Shown here: positions 26,511 to 39,632 of the stretch, piece after piece
How positions within the stretch are numbered: position 1 is the first letter of the stretch
Layout: each line of letters opens with the position of its first letter
Source: Octopus sinensis
Taxonomy: Eukaryota
NCBI RefSeq assembly: GCF_006345805.1
Contig: NC_043006.1
Span: 39,370,001 to 39,434,000 of the forward strand
Reading direction: 5' to 3'
DNA length: 64,000 bases
Made by a program: the position numbers and the translations under genes
The notes under the pieces: generated by a model
Database searches by the model: none
Told to the model about the DNA's origin: nothing
The model's input: the letters and a program-made list of their open reading frames with translations, nothing else

Positions 26511-27029
26511 TGTTTTTCAGGGATTCTTCAAATACTTTTGTAGATCCCCAATTTACTATTTTGTTGCATGGACCCACAAAAATCTTCTATAGTTCATTAT
26601 GGGTTATCTGAAACCCGGTTGAGAACCACCGGGCTGAAACAGTAACACCAACCGCATTTATCTGTTGCGCTCTTTCTGAATAAAATGAACAAATCTCATA
26701 TCTCAGAGGATGGTAAGATTAGATTGTGCTGTTGTTGCCTTTTGAAAGGAAAATATCATTATAAGGAATGGGAAAATATTTTCAACCGGAGATTGAAAAA
26801 GCATCCACCTCTGGGCTTTTCTGAACATTTCCACTTGTTTAATGCTGCTCGAAACAAATTAATATCTTTGAAATAGAGCAGAGATATATTTTTGATAAGT
26901 GCCAACGCATGAAACTCTGGGCCCTTAAGCTACTCTGTTGCTTCTGCTAGATGTTAATTATATATATACATACATATACGTATACACACATACATATATA
27001 CGTATATACACATCCATATATATGTATAT

Positions 27030-27070
<41 letters not shown>

Positions 27071-27339
27071 CATACATATATATATACACATACATATATA
27101 TATATACACATATATATATACACATACATATATATATATATATATACACACATATATATATACACACACATACATATATATTTATACACACACACACATA
27201 TATATATACACACACACATACATATACACATACATGCATATACATACACATATATATATGCACATACATATAAACATATATACATGCATGTTTATATATA
27301 CATATACACGTTTATACACACACACATTTACACACACGT

Positions 27340-27377
<38 letters not shown>

Positions 27378-28107
27378 TTCAAACTACTTAATTACCTTTT
27401 CTAATTTATGTCACTCTTCCTGAACAATGGCCTCTGAAATAATGCTATAGTTATCTATAGCTCAGGCTATTTATTTAGCATTCAGAAAAAAAATTGCGCC
27501 TTGTTAATCAGAAAATATGTCATTGGTGTATATCTTGTAATGAGATCGGCACTCTTATCATATTTTAATGTTTTACTTCAGGCGAGAGAAGTATTTTGCA
27601 GCAGAAAAAAATGTAGGTCCTGAAGAGACGTCAGAGATATGTCACACATACTGTGTTTGAACAAATGTATGATGGCGTCGGCAGGGAGATCGTGAGTAGG
27701 GTTATATATCGAGGAAGTTAGCAGAATTTCGAAAGAATAATTGGGACAAATTCTTGAAACTGAGATTTTCAGGAAGAGACAAAGATGATGCAGATGTTTA
27801 AATAATGAAAGATAAGCGAGACAGATGGAAAAGTCATAAGGAGTTTATAAATATTTCAATAGATGGAAGCGTGGATACACCGTCTCAGATATGTTTAAAG
27901 CACTCAAATATAATTCTAGAACTTTGTAGAGAGTGAGAGATTAATCAGAGGTAAAATATTTTCTGGTCCTGAAGAAGAAATCGAGTCACTGGGATTCAGA
28001 TTTGACAATACTCTATGTGATATTACCGCATGATGGTGCTAGAGGTTGTGAGGCCCCCGTTTCTAGTGTTTTCGTGGTGTTGAATTCTCTGATAAACAAC
28101 ATATCTA

Positions 28108-28508
28108 TAAAGTGATAGTATGTTGTCAACTTAATATGAGAGTCCAATGAAAGGGAAGAATGCTACTGTTATTTAACCCTAGGAAACACTGCATAAATCT
28201 CTCTGAGAGATTTAGAAATGTATTATTTCTATTTTCAAAAATCAGTGAATGTATTTCACTTGAAATATATATGTTTTCAAAGGCGGATGAGCATCGACAT
28301 CTAGCAAGCCAAGCTACTCCAGACTGATGATGAGTAATGACTCTGAAACTAGTTTCTGAATGCTGGCTTTGCTGGGTGGAGGTGCTTGTCTACACTTTGA
28401 AGACATAAGGACACAGAAAATGTGTCAAGTCCAACAGGGCTAAATAACAGTAGCATTCTTCCCTTTTATGGGATTGTCACATTAAGTTGACAAAATACTA
28501 TCACTTTA
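28108..28508. repeat. ~73-bp-arm inverted repeat enclosing a minimal hammerhead (28320-28358, +)
   Basis: Arms 28108-28181 and 28436-28508. Loop motif: caga-CTGATGA-tgagt(aatg)actct-GAAA-ctag-TT-tctg. Confidence 0.7.
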
Positions 28509-28594
28509 TCGCACTGCTGCTGAATAAATCTGTCTGAGAGATTTACAAATGTTTTATTTCAACATATCTATATGTAATACAATACTGTTTCAAT

Positions 28595-28734
28595 TGTACA
28601 TTATTTACATTTGCCGGATATTTGTTCTCATCGTGTTTGTTAACACAACGTTTCCGCTGATATACCATCCAGCCTTCATCAGGTGTCTTGGGGAAATTTC
28701 GAACCTGGGTTCTCATTCCTAAGGTATTTTTCGA

Positions 28735-28769
<35 letters not shown>

Positions 28770-28990
28770 TATTATTATTATTATTATTATTCAGTGACCT
28801 GAATAATAATAACATCGAAAATACCTTAGGAATGCGAACTAAGGTTCGACATTTCTTCAAGACACCTGATGAAGACTGGAGGGTATATCAGCCGAAATGT
28901 TGTGTTAACAACAAACAAGATGAGGACAACTATCCGTCAAATGTAAATAATGTAAATAATTCCTCATCTCTTAGATATAGAACTGTGTTT
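28595..28990. mobile_element. Two inverted copies of the HHR-bearing SINE-like body around (ATT)n
   Basis: Minus HHR 28643-28686 (acac-CTGATGA-aggctg...cagcg-GAAA-cg-TT-gtgt); plus HHR 28862-28905 (acac-CTGATGA-agactgg...tcagcc-GAAA-tg-TT-gtgt). The plus copy keeps the head end 'cagtgacctgaataataat' seen at 21380. Confidence 0.75.
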
Positions 28991-29974
28991 CAATTGTATA
29001 TTTAATTACTGTTTTTTTGTGCAATTACAGAAGAAAAGACATAGGTCTCCATTTAACCATTGGTGGTTATTTCCGAGACCTCTATAGCATATTTTCTAGA
29101 ACTTTAATAGAACTACGAAGAGAAAGAAAATTAGAAGAATTTGGTGCAAGTGGAAGTTTACTTTCGGAACTCCTTGAAGGTAATGGTAGGAATACTTTGC
29201 GGATCAGTCACACACTTGAACTGATGAGTATAAAGAATTTTGAATCCTATGCTAAATGCAATTCTGATTCTATGCTAACGAGGAAAATTTCTATTTAAAC
29301 AAGATGTTCATAGCATTATATAACGTAGATTTAATTTTTTTCCTGTTGCTTTGAAGGTTATTCCACTTCACGTTGAATGATATTTCACGTTCTGTTGGAA
29401 AATCATATGAGAAGGTCATGTAAGAAATAAATTTGTATCTCTCTCTCTACATATCTGTAATTGAACTTCTTGTCTCATATTGGAAGCCTAATATACATCC
29501 GCAGTCAACTCTTGATCAATTGCTCAACCCTAAAATTAAAAATGTCGCAAAGTTTTATACACGACAACATAAGGTTATTAGCAATCGTATGGAAACCGAA
29601 GTTACTAAAACTGGGAATCATAGCATAAAGTCATTCCATGCCCCTCACCCTCAAAAAGCTTCTCACAAACCACGCAAAATTAATAGGCTCTGAAGAAAAG
29701 TTCTTTTTTTACTGAAATAGATAAATTTATACAGGTGACTCCAATAACATTCTTATTTTATTGATTAAAGATATAAAAAACAAGGTTTAGTGTCACGTTT
29801 TGCAGAATGAGATCAACGAATGAGATATTGAGGCATAAACGCTGTGGAGCGAAGTTAGAGAAATTTGTAGAAGTAAAACAGTTCCAGGAAACTTACATCT
29901 ATACTACACGTTTAAAAATATTATTACTACTACTACTACTACACTACTACTACTACTACTACTACCACTACTAC

Positions 29975-30110
29975 TACGGTGGTGAGCTGGTAGAATTGCT
30001 AACACGCCTGATCAAAATTCTTAGCAAGATTTCGTTCGTCTTTATGTTCTAAGTTCAAATTCCACAGAGGTTGACTTTGCCTTTCATCTTTTCGGGGTCG
30101 AAAAACTTTG
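29975..30110 (+). mobile_element. tRNA-derived SINE, 'ggtgagctggcagaatcgttag' family
   Basis: Head ggtgagctggtagaattgctaac...gttctaagttcaaattcc; further copies at 31275-31500, 32890-33040, 48180-48400, 53525-53735 and 61700-62090 (minus). Confidence 0.65.
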
Positions 30111-30981
30111 TAGCATGTGTGATTAATTCAATGTGAAGGCAGAAATAGGTGATTAGAATGGCTGCCAGCCAAAAGGTCAGTGGTATTTCTTTGGCCTGCT
30201 GTGCCGAGTTTAGGGCTTCCAGTAGGCTAGGTCATGTTTGACGTATTGGAAACGCTGGCGTACATTCCAATTCTATGGCCGTTACCCAAGAGGAGACTTG
30301 AAAATCTATCAAAATCAATTGACACTAAAATTGGTAAATAAATAGATGTTTCTTATATGAAAATTCGAATGGGAATTGTGAATTCTAACCATTATTTCGA
30401 CTATAATGTCTATGACAACTTCTCAAGAAAAACAAATAAAGAAAGAAACGAAGAAACGACAAGAAATGATAACGTAAAGAGAAAAAAAAAGTCAGCAGAA
30501 ATGTAAAAGGAAAACTCCAACCATCAACGTTTTATTATTTCTCCATAAAATTGGAAAGAGCTTTAGAGTATTGCAAAACCGATTGCAGAAGCAATAAAAA
30601 CAGCGGTATATGCGGCATTTCGTTACAGGTACATAGCGAATGACTGCTATATTTATAGTAAAAGAACGACGTTATATTCTTTACAGTCGCAAGAAAGAAA
30701 AGACAAATTGTTCAACAAAACTCCCCTTAGAATCTTAATACCATTATTAACTACACCCCCCCCCCGCTCCCCGCAAGATAAATTAGTGGTCTTGTAATGC
30801 TAAAAATGAAAAACATGTTATTAATGACTTTTGTTTTTTGTTTTTTTCTGTTTCTGAGACATAAACGCTTTGGAGCGAAGATCGAGAAATTTGTAGAAGC
30901 AAAACGGTTTCCGGAAACTTAGATCTATGCTACTGATATACCCGTTTAAAAATATTATTATTGTTATTATCATTATTATTA

Positions 30982-31020
<39 letters not shown>

Positions 31021-31100
31021 CATTATTATTATTGAGTGAGAGAGCAGTGCATGCCATCAAAGTGACACTGGGGTAAAATATACGAATATCATTATTATTA

Positions 31101-31152
<52 letters not shown>

Positions 31153-31232
31153 CATTATTATTATTGAGTGAGAGAGCAGTGCATGCCATCAAAGTGACAC
31201 TGGGGTAAAATATACGAATATCATTATTATTA

Positions 31233-31274
<42 letters not shown>

Positions 31275-31275
<1 letters not shown>

Positions 31276-31500
31276 AGTAGTGAGCTGGTAGAATCGTTAA
31301 CACGCCGGATCAAAATGTTTAGCAGGATTTCGTTCGTCATTATGTTCTAAGTTCAAATTCCGCAGAAGTCGACTTTGCCTTTCATCCTTTCGGAGTCGAA
31401 AAAAAAAACAAACATGTACCAGTTGAACACTGCAGTCGTTGTAATCGACTGATGCCCCTCCTTCCCGAACTAGTGGGCCTTGTCCCAAAATTTAAAATCA
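31275..31500 (+). mobile_element. tRNA-derived SINE, same family as 29975
   Basis: gtgagctggtagaatcgttaac...gttctaagttcaaattccgcagaagtcgactttgcctttcatcctttcgg. Confidence 0.65.
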
Positions 31501-31729
31501 TCATCATCATCATAATCATTATTATTGCTAAATTTATCTTTCCGATTGATTTGCCTTTTAGTTCATCTTCCGACAGGGTCTCAACCAGAGATCTAAGGCA
31601 CATATATATTAAATGGAGAGAATCTTCTTCAGAATGTGGGAGGTTAACGTCAACACAATTTTTGGAGTCCCATAGATTGTTGGTTTCCCGGGGATCTGGT
31701 CAAAAACTTGGTTAGTGTTGTTATTATTG

Positions 31730-32430
31730 ATTGAGAGAGCAGTGCATGCCATCAAAGTGACGCTGGGGTAAAATATACGAAGCCCAGTATACACATCATG
31801 ATTACCCGTCCGATAAGGGTACACCAGGCACATGCATCACAACCATATGTGCGCGACATGGTGATCTCATATCAAGATAAACAGCACATGGCCTTGCAAG
31901 CGGGCCCCAGTTAGAATTTTCTTCTGGTCGAGTAACCCATCCCACTCAAAAGATCACTGAATAAGTGTTGTTTAAGAATGTTGAATGAAACACCCATGTT
32001 TCCAAGAGTGAATTATTCAAGCCCCAAAGATTCCCTCTCGACACATGGCTATGATACTCCCCCACTACTTCTGCTCGTGATCAGAGATGCACATATCGTC
32101 AGCCACCAAAGGACATGCTCAACTGGTTATGGTCAAAACAACTGACAAGCAAATCTGTGGTATTGAGCAGAATATTTGCAGTAGCCCATCTTTTATACCA
32201 AGACAAAACAATGTACATGATAACACTTCCAATCACTTAAGATCAGAAGCCATGAGAGCCACTGCCTGGTATTGCATCAGGGCATAACAACTGACAAGAA
32301 AATCTGTGGTATTGAGCAGAATATTTGCTATAGCCCATCTTTTATACCTAGACAAAACAATGTACATGATAACACTTCTAATCAGTTAAGATCAGAAGCC
32401 ATGAGAGCCACTGCCTGGTATTGCATCAGG
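31730..32430 (-). mobile_element. ~600-bp (AAT)n-tailed interspersed retroposon-like repeat with an internal ~140-bp duplication
   Basis: Homologous to 47655-48145 (same orientation) and 59085-59730 (opposite). Ends in '...gcatgcactgctctctcaatc(aat)n'. Short 3' stubs at ~31033-31090 and ~31165-31220. Confidence 0.65.
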
Positions 32431-33247
32431 TTATTATTATTATTATTATTATTTACGTTGTTGCTTTCTTTAATATACTAACTATACCAATCTTACACGT
32501 AGAGTTCAACTAACAGCAAGCTGAGTATTTTACTGTCTTTTACTCTACATGATTAGCAATGATATATTGTAGGGAAAGGAGAGACCAAACATTGAGAGCT
32601 CAGATTCTGCTAAATTTGTAATATTTGAATTTTGAAACGGATGTTTTTAGGTTGATAATGTTTTATTAGGATACGGGCAGTACTCATCAGAACAATTTTT
32701 TCTAGCCCTTAAAACTCGGAGATTTCCTGATATTTGGCCCTAATATTTTCGGTATTATCCCCAAAGCTCGATTGATCACGCTCACATTTGTTCTTAGATG
32801 TCTCGTTATGAGACCTCTATTTCAGCTCTATTAATATAACGATGATGTTCTTAGAATCTGATGAGCGCGCATTCTTTATCTGAACCGTTAACGTTCTGAG
32901 GTCAAATTCCGCCGAGGTCGGCTTTGCCTTTCATCCTTTCGCAGTCGATAAATTAAGTACTAGTTGCGTACCGGGGTCAATATAATCGACTGGTCTTCTC
33001 ACCTAAAAGTTTGGGGCTTGTGCTAGAGTAGAAAAGATTCTTTATCATCACTTATTTGTATATATACAATTGTACGGTATATTGCGTAGCATACATGTTA
33101 ATACAGGCTTGTAAACATAATTCATTATACAGTGAAGTTATTATTGCATGAATAAGGCTGCGAAACGGCGTAGCCCAAAAGATGACAACGGATTAAATAT
33201 AGTCACCTCATACTTTCTGACTTTTTATGATTTCTCTCTTTCTCTCT

Positions 33248-33294
<47 letters not shown>

Positions 33295-34649
33295 TGTAAA
33301 CTTACTTAGAAAATATACATATTTGTGTGTGTGTGTGTCTTTACATAATTTGGTTTTCCTTATGCCTTGTCATTTCTGTTAGTCTTGTGCCTCCATTTTT
33401 AATATACGTAGAAGATTCTGGCTGTAAGAAGGAAAACATTTTTTTCCTTGTTTCCCCATTGGCTTATTTTATGTAATTGCTTATCACGTTCTTTGACCAA
33501 AGAACGTGAGTAATTATATATTTTCGGCAACCTCAGCGAGAGCAATGTCTTTGAGAGAACATTCAACTTCATAATATGTCACAAAAACACATGGTTCAAA
33601 AACGTAAAGGCTTACAATACAAGCGATAAGAAAGTTGAAGTAAAAATCATTGTTGATATTATATTTGCGTTGTCTTTGTAATCCAGTCGGCAAGATAGGA
33701 AGGTCGGAGAAGGTGAAAGAAGGTGTGTGCATACGACAGTTGGTTTTGAACAGTCTTTTGTAATCTCAATGTGATCTCTTTCACACAGTGTCCGTTTACC
33801 TTTTTACAATCTCAAGCTTAGGTCGACTCACGGATATGTCTAAGTTGCCACGTACCGAGATCGAATAGGAAAATTTTAATACGAACTGGGAGAGAGGTTA
33901 GTGCGTTGGACAAAATACTTCCAGGTAGTTGTCCCGATTTTCTGCTTTTTCAGCTCAATTCCGCTGAGGTCAACTTTGCCCCCACATCCTTTCGGGCTCG
34001 ATAAAATGGTCTCAAAACAAGAAGTGAATTGGTGGAACTGCAACAACATCGAATGATGTCGTATGATGTTGTCGTATGATTTGTTCGTTGCCTTTATGCT
34101 TTGATCTATAACAGAGAAATAACAGGGTAACGGCGTAGTACTATGGTGAGAGGAGGTGATATGCTACGAGAAGTAAAGATAAGTTACACCAATACCTTAT
34201 ATTCTACGCTCTGAGTTCAGCCCTTGCTGCAGTGTGCTTGAGTGGTACACTGAACACCTCGTCCGGTGTATCTATGCTACCTCACACTTTGAGTATCTTT
34301 TGTGGAATCGACTCTACTGCTAGCATTTAATCCGGGTTTCCAGGTGACCTTACAGTCTTTGCTACTTGTTTCCCACCACTCTCCAAGGATCTGTGGTGAG
34401 TGATGGTCATTGCCGTCCATGGCGAGTGATGGTCGTAGCTGTGGTTGCGATCCAGCGAAAACTTGCGTGATGATGCGTAACTAAAATGATGCGTGACTAA
34501 AATTAAATTAAATGACATCAGGAGGGTATCTAAATTTGATCCAAGCCTCAAATATGCGTTTTGTTGATTTTTTATTGTGGTTAGTATCATGTTTGCTCAT
34601 CCCCTAGGACAACCGTCACCATGAAGATAAATGAATTAAGGATAGTCCA

Positions 34650-35035
34650 GGTTGTATGGTAAGAAGCTTGCTTCCCGATTCGGTCCCACTGCGTGCCACC
34701 TTCGACAAGTGTCTTCTAACATAGCCTCGGGCCGATCAAAGCTTTGTGAGTGGATTTGGTAGGCGGAAACTGAAAGAAGCCCATCGCATATGTGTGTGTG
34801 TGTGTGTGTGTATTTATGTGTCTATTTGTGTTTGCTCCTCTCACCATCGCCCACGACCGATGTTGGTGTATTTACGTCCCCATAACTTAGCGGTCCGGCA
34901 AAAGAGACCGATAGCATAAGTACTAGGCTTACAAAGAATAAGTCTTGAAGTCAATTTCTTCGACTAAAACCCTTTAAGGCGGTGCTCCAGTATGGCCATA
35001 CTAAAATGACTGGAACATGTTAAAGAATAAAAGAA
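34650..35035 (+). mobile_element. tRNA-derived composite SINE
   Basis: Same modules as 2503-2905. Confidence 0.7.
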
Positions 35036-35829
35036 TATAACCATTCCATCTGTCTTTCAGGTACCGTGGATGAAAGATCCCCTAATTTAATGCGACCTTC
35101 CTGTATTCATACGTTCGGATGTGATTTAAGAGTGATTCATCTGATATATGTACCACTCGATCAACCACTTAGGGAATCCCTCGTTGGTCAAATATACTGT
35201 AAGGTTTCAGATATTAGAAGGGAAGGAACGAGTCGGTTGAAGTTCATGTCCTGCTGAAAGTCATTTACAGTTTAAGATCTACCGGACGGCTGCAACAAAG
35301 GGTTGAACCCGTATCGCTTCTTTCACTAACGCCATGAGCTATGCAGTTTGGCATGTGGATCTCACTACATTTTGTACAATATAGTTCGGAACATCTAAAC
35401 AGTCGTATGATTGATTAGAAGCATAACCTAAAAAATCGATCAAATCATACCTAGCCATCTTTAAAATGGAAAGCTATATTGGACAATGAAATCCTATATG
35501 TACAAATATTGACTAAAATATTCTTTTGAATTCATTTTACCAGCATACAATGACATGCAATGATTAGGCTAGCATGGGATAACGAGACAACAATGAGACC
35601 TCTATGAGGTTGCTCGGTCTTGTACAAGCAGAAACTGAGTCTCACTCAAGTCACTCGTTTTTAAAATATTGAAGGTCAAATTATATTAACATACTCCTCA
35701 ATACTTATACAACGGCGTGATTTTTTAAAAAACTGCTGGAATGCTTTTGAGCATAGGTCAGCGTCATGAAGTTCATAAGGAGCGTGCACACACACACACA
35801 CACACACACATAATAAATAAATATATATA

Positions 35830-36240
35830 TATATATCTCTTTTACTCTCTTTTACTTGTTTCAGTCATTTGACTGCGGCCATGCTGGAGCACTGCCTTTA
35901 GTCGAGCAAATCGACCCCGGGACTTATTCTTTGTAAGCCCAGTACTTATTCTATCGGTCTGTCTTTGCCGAACCGCTAGGTGACGGGGACGTAAACACGC
36001 CAGCATCGGTTGTCAAGCAATGCTAGGGGGACAAACACAGACACGCAAACACACACATATATATATATATATATACGACAGGCTTCTTTCAGTTTCCGTC
36101 TACCAAATCCACTCACAATGCATTGGTCGGCCCGGGACTATAGCAGAAGACACTTGCCCAAGATACCACGCAGTGGGACTGAACCCGGAACCATGTGGTT
36201 AGTTAGCAAGCTACTTTCCACACAGCCACTCCTGCGCCTT
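35830..36240 (-). mobile_element. tRNA-derived composite SINE (well-preserved copy)
   Basis: Minus head ggcgcaggagtggctgtgtggaaagtagcttgctaactaaccacatggttccgggttcagtccc with A/B boxes. Confidence 0.8.
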
Positions 36241-36412
36241 ATAATATAATTTAAATTTACACAAAACAAAAGACAAAGTCAGGTATAGGTAAAACAAGCA
36301 GGTGTATTAGTTTAACGCTGGAGAAGAAGTCTTTTACCTTTATGCCTGTATATTGAGAGAAATAAAGAAGTTTTAAAATACGTATCTGTGTGTTTGTGAG
36401 TGGGGGGTTTGA

Positions 36413-36449
<37 letters not shown>

Positions 36450-37245
36450 TGCGCACGCGTGAGTGTTGTTCTTATGAGGGGAAGCACAAAAATTCGAAGT
36501 TTCAGTTTATTTGCCTTCGTCAGACGCAATAACCGTCCATCTTTTCCTCGAAAACACACACATAAATCCAACTGCACACACACACACACACATACATATA
36601 CCATATGACCCCTTTTTGCAATTTAACCGTCATCTAACATTGTCAAGCAGTAAATCCTTTCTCCCTATATACACCTTATATTTGTAAGCAACTCTTTTAA
36701 AATGTTTGCCTGACCAGCGGTAAGGGCGATTACTAAAGTCGTTAATGGGCTGGCCTTTCTATTTATGGCTATGTATGTTTATGGTTTGGAACGCATTGAC
36801 TATACAAAAGCATAACTATAGCCGATGTGAATAACAAAACACATGTATAGAAGCAACGTTCTGATTCATATATTATTTATTATGATTAATAAGTTCGATA
36901 TTTTAATAATCAGAGAGTATTTAAAAGAGTATTAATTTGTTTTTGCTTTCGTAATTGTCGGTTTGATAAATAAAGGTTGAATAAAACATCATGTTATAAA
37001 GTGAACCAAACAGCATCAGCTTTTCTCTCTAAATGTTCACTAACCTAAATCAAGTATTGCAGCTGCTGTGATCAGCAGACAGAACGAGTCTATATTATTC
37101 TGACGAGGCTTAATGAGCAAACAGTATCCAAACGCTAAACTAATTTAGAAGTTACACATATAAACACACACACACACACATATATAGATAGATAGGCATA
37201 CATACAACAACGTATATAGACACACACATACACTCACACATACAC

Positions 37246-37310
<65 letters not shown>

Positions 37311-37311
<1 letters not shown>

Positions 37312-38976
37312 CAATTAAGGACAACTACTTAATAAGGAAAACTTAACAAGAAATTGTCAGGTAGATAGCGTAAAAACCTCATAAGAGAAAAAATTTCGAA
37401 AATAATTATTCTTATTGAACATATAATTTATATATAGAGGGCATTATACATACATGCCAGGAGGCATTCTACATACACGCCATACGCTAAGAGGGACAAT
37501 CAGTCATTTCTACCAAAAATATTACTAATCCCACCGAATGCAATTTTTCAAAGAAAGACATTTAAAAATATATAGACCTGTATCACAGTGATTTCATACT
37601 TACGTAATCATCAGCAGGCCTGAATATACCATAAATAAACAACGACCCCGCTTCGCTAAGCCGATCAGCTAACTGATCAACATCAACGAAGCACATGGTT
37701 GAATTTATATACACTATATCCGGATGAATGGCAAACTTTTACGAATTGCATTTCGGGAGAGGAAAAGTTTTTTCGGAATAAAAATTTAGCAATTAAGGAC
37801 AACTACTTAATAAGGAAAACTTAACAAGAAATTGTCAGGTAGATAGCGTAAAAACCTCATAAGAGAAAAAATTTCGAAAATAATTATTTCTTATTGAACA
37901 TATTAATTTATATATAGAGGGCATTATACATACATGCCAGGAGGCATTCTACATACACGCCATACGCTAAGAGGGACAATCAGTCATTTCTACCAAAAAT
38001 TACTAATCCCACCGAATGCAATTTTTCAAAGAAAGACATTTAAAAATATATAGACCTGTATCACAGTGATTTCATACTTACGTAATCATCAGCAGGCCTG
38101 AATATACCATAAATAAACAACGACCCCGCTTCGCTTAAGCCGATCAGCTAACTGATCAACATCAACGAAGCACATGGTTGAATTTATATACACTATATCC
38201 GGATGAATGGCAAACTTTTACGAATTGCATTTCGGGAGAGGAAAAGTTTTTTCGGAATAAAAATTTAGCAATTAAGGACAACTACTTAATAAGGAAAACT
38301 TAACAAGAAATTGTCAGGTAGATAGCGTAAAAACCTCATAAGAGAAAAAATTTCGAAAATAATTATTTCTTATTGAACATATTAATTTATATATAGAGGG
38401 CATTATACATACATGCCAGGAGGCATTCTACATACACGCCATACGCTAAGAGGGACAATCAGTCATTTCTACCAAAAATATTACTAATCCCACCGAATGC
38501 AATTTTTCAAAGAAAGACATTTAAAAATATATAGACCTGTATCACAGTGATTTCATACTTACGTAATCATCAGCAGGCCTGAATATACCATAAATAAACA
38601 ACGACCCCGCTTCGCTTAAGCCGATCAGCTAACTGATCAACATCAACGAAGCACATGGTTGAATTTATATACACTATATCCGGATGAATGGCAAACTTTT
38701 ACGAATTGCATTTCGGGAGAGGAAAAGTTTTTTCGGAATAAAAATTTAGCAATTAAGGACAACTACTTAATAAGGAAAACTTAACAAGAAATTGTCAGGT
38801 AGATAGCGTAAAAACCTCATAAGAGAAAAAATTTCGAAAATAATTATTTCTTATTGAACATATTAATTTATATATAGAGGGCATTATACATACATGCCAG
38901 GAGGCATTCTACATACACGCCATACGCTAAGAGGGACAATCAGTCATTTCTACCAAAAATATTACTAATCCCACCG
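37311..38976 (-). repeat. ~480-bp tandem array, 3.5 units, HHR-sense on the minus strand
   Basis: Units start at 37311, 37789, 38268 and 38749 (periods 478/479/481). HHRs at 37574-37621, 38052-38099 and 38533-38580. Confidence 0.95.
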
Positions 38977-39446
38977 TTGTTTATTTATGGTATATTCAGG
39001 CCTGCTGATGATTACGTAAGTATGAAATCACTGTGATACAGGTCTATATATTTTTAAATGTCTTTCTTTGAAAAATTGCATTCGGTGGGATTAGTAATAT
39101 TTTTGGTAGAAATGACTGATTGTCCCTCTTAGCGTATGGCGTGTATGTAGAATGCCTCCTGGCATGTATGTATAATGCCCTCTATATATAAATTAATATG
39201 TTCAATAAGAAATAATTATTTTCGAAATTTTTTCTCTTATGAGGTTTTTACGCTATCTACCTGACAATTTCTTGTTAAGTTTTCCTTATAAGTAGTTGTC
39301 CTTAATTGCTAAATTTTTATTCCGAAAAAACTTTTCCTCTCCCGAAATGCAATTCGTAAAAGTTTGCCATTCATCCGGATATAGTGTATATAAATTCAAC
39401 CATGTGCTTCGTTGATGTTGATCAGTTAGCTGTTCGGCTTAAGCGA
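38977..39446 (+). repeat. Inverted ~470-bp unit of the same array, interrupted by the LINE
   Basis: Orientation switches at 38975-38976 over a 2-nt 'cg' microhomology (cccaccg|ttgtttatt). Confidence 0.95.
38998..39045 (+). ncRNA. Minimal type I hammerhead ribozyme (one per 480-bp unit; 9 copies)
   Basis: aggcctg-CTGATGA-t tac(gtaa)gta t-GAAA-tcac t gtga-TA-caggtct. 7-bp stem I with one G.U, GNRA-capped stem II, palindromic stem III. Plus-strand copies also at 44777, 45257, 45738, 46218 and 46699. Confidence 0.85.
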
Positions 39447-39632
39447 GGCAGTTTGTTGCGTTTTGCGTTGTGAGAAATTGCTGCTGCTATTTGAGAGAAT
39501 TCGAAGTTATAATATCATTGTTTGTGTAAACTGTTCTGAACAGTACCCGTCGTAAAACGATAATTTTCGCCCTACGGGGCAGAAAATTTTGTACTAACCA
39601 TATTCTTGTTACCTTAAAGGTAACTTTCAGAG

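Noticed and set aside
33500-33770. Protein-like plus-strand frame (FGNLSESNVFERTF...)
   Set aside because: Short, interrupted by a stop, with no recognisable motif or splice signals.
37095-37130. CTGACGA-ggcttaatgagc-aaac hammerhead-like string just left of the array
   Set aside because: It lacks the G of GAAA and has no convincing stem I or stem III.
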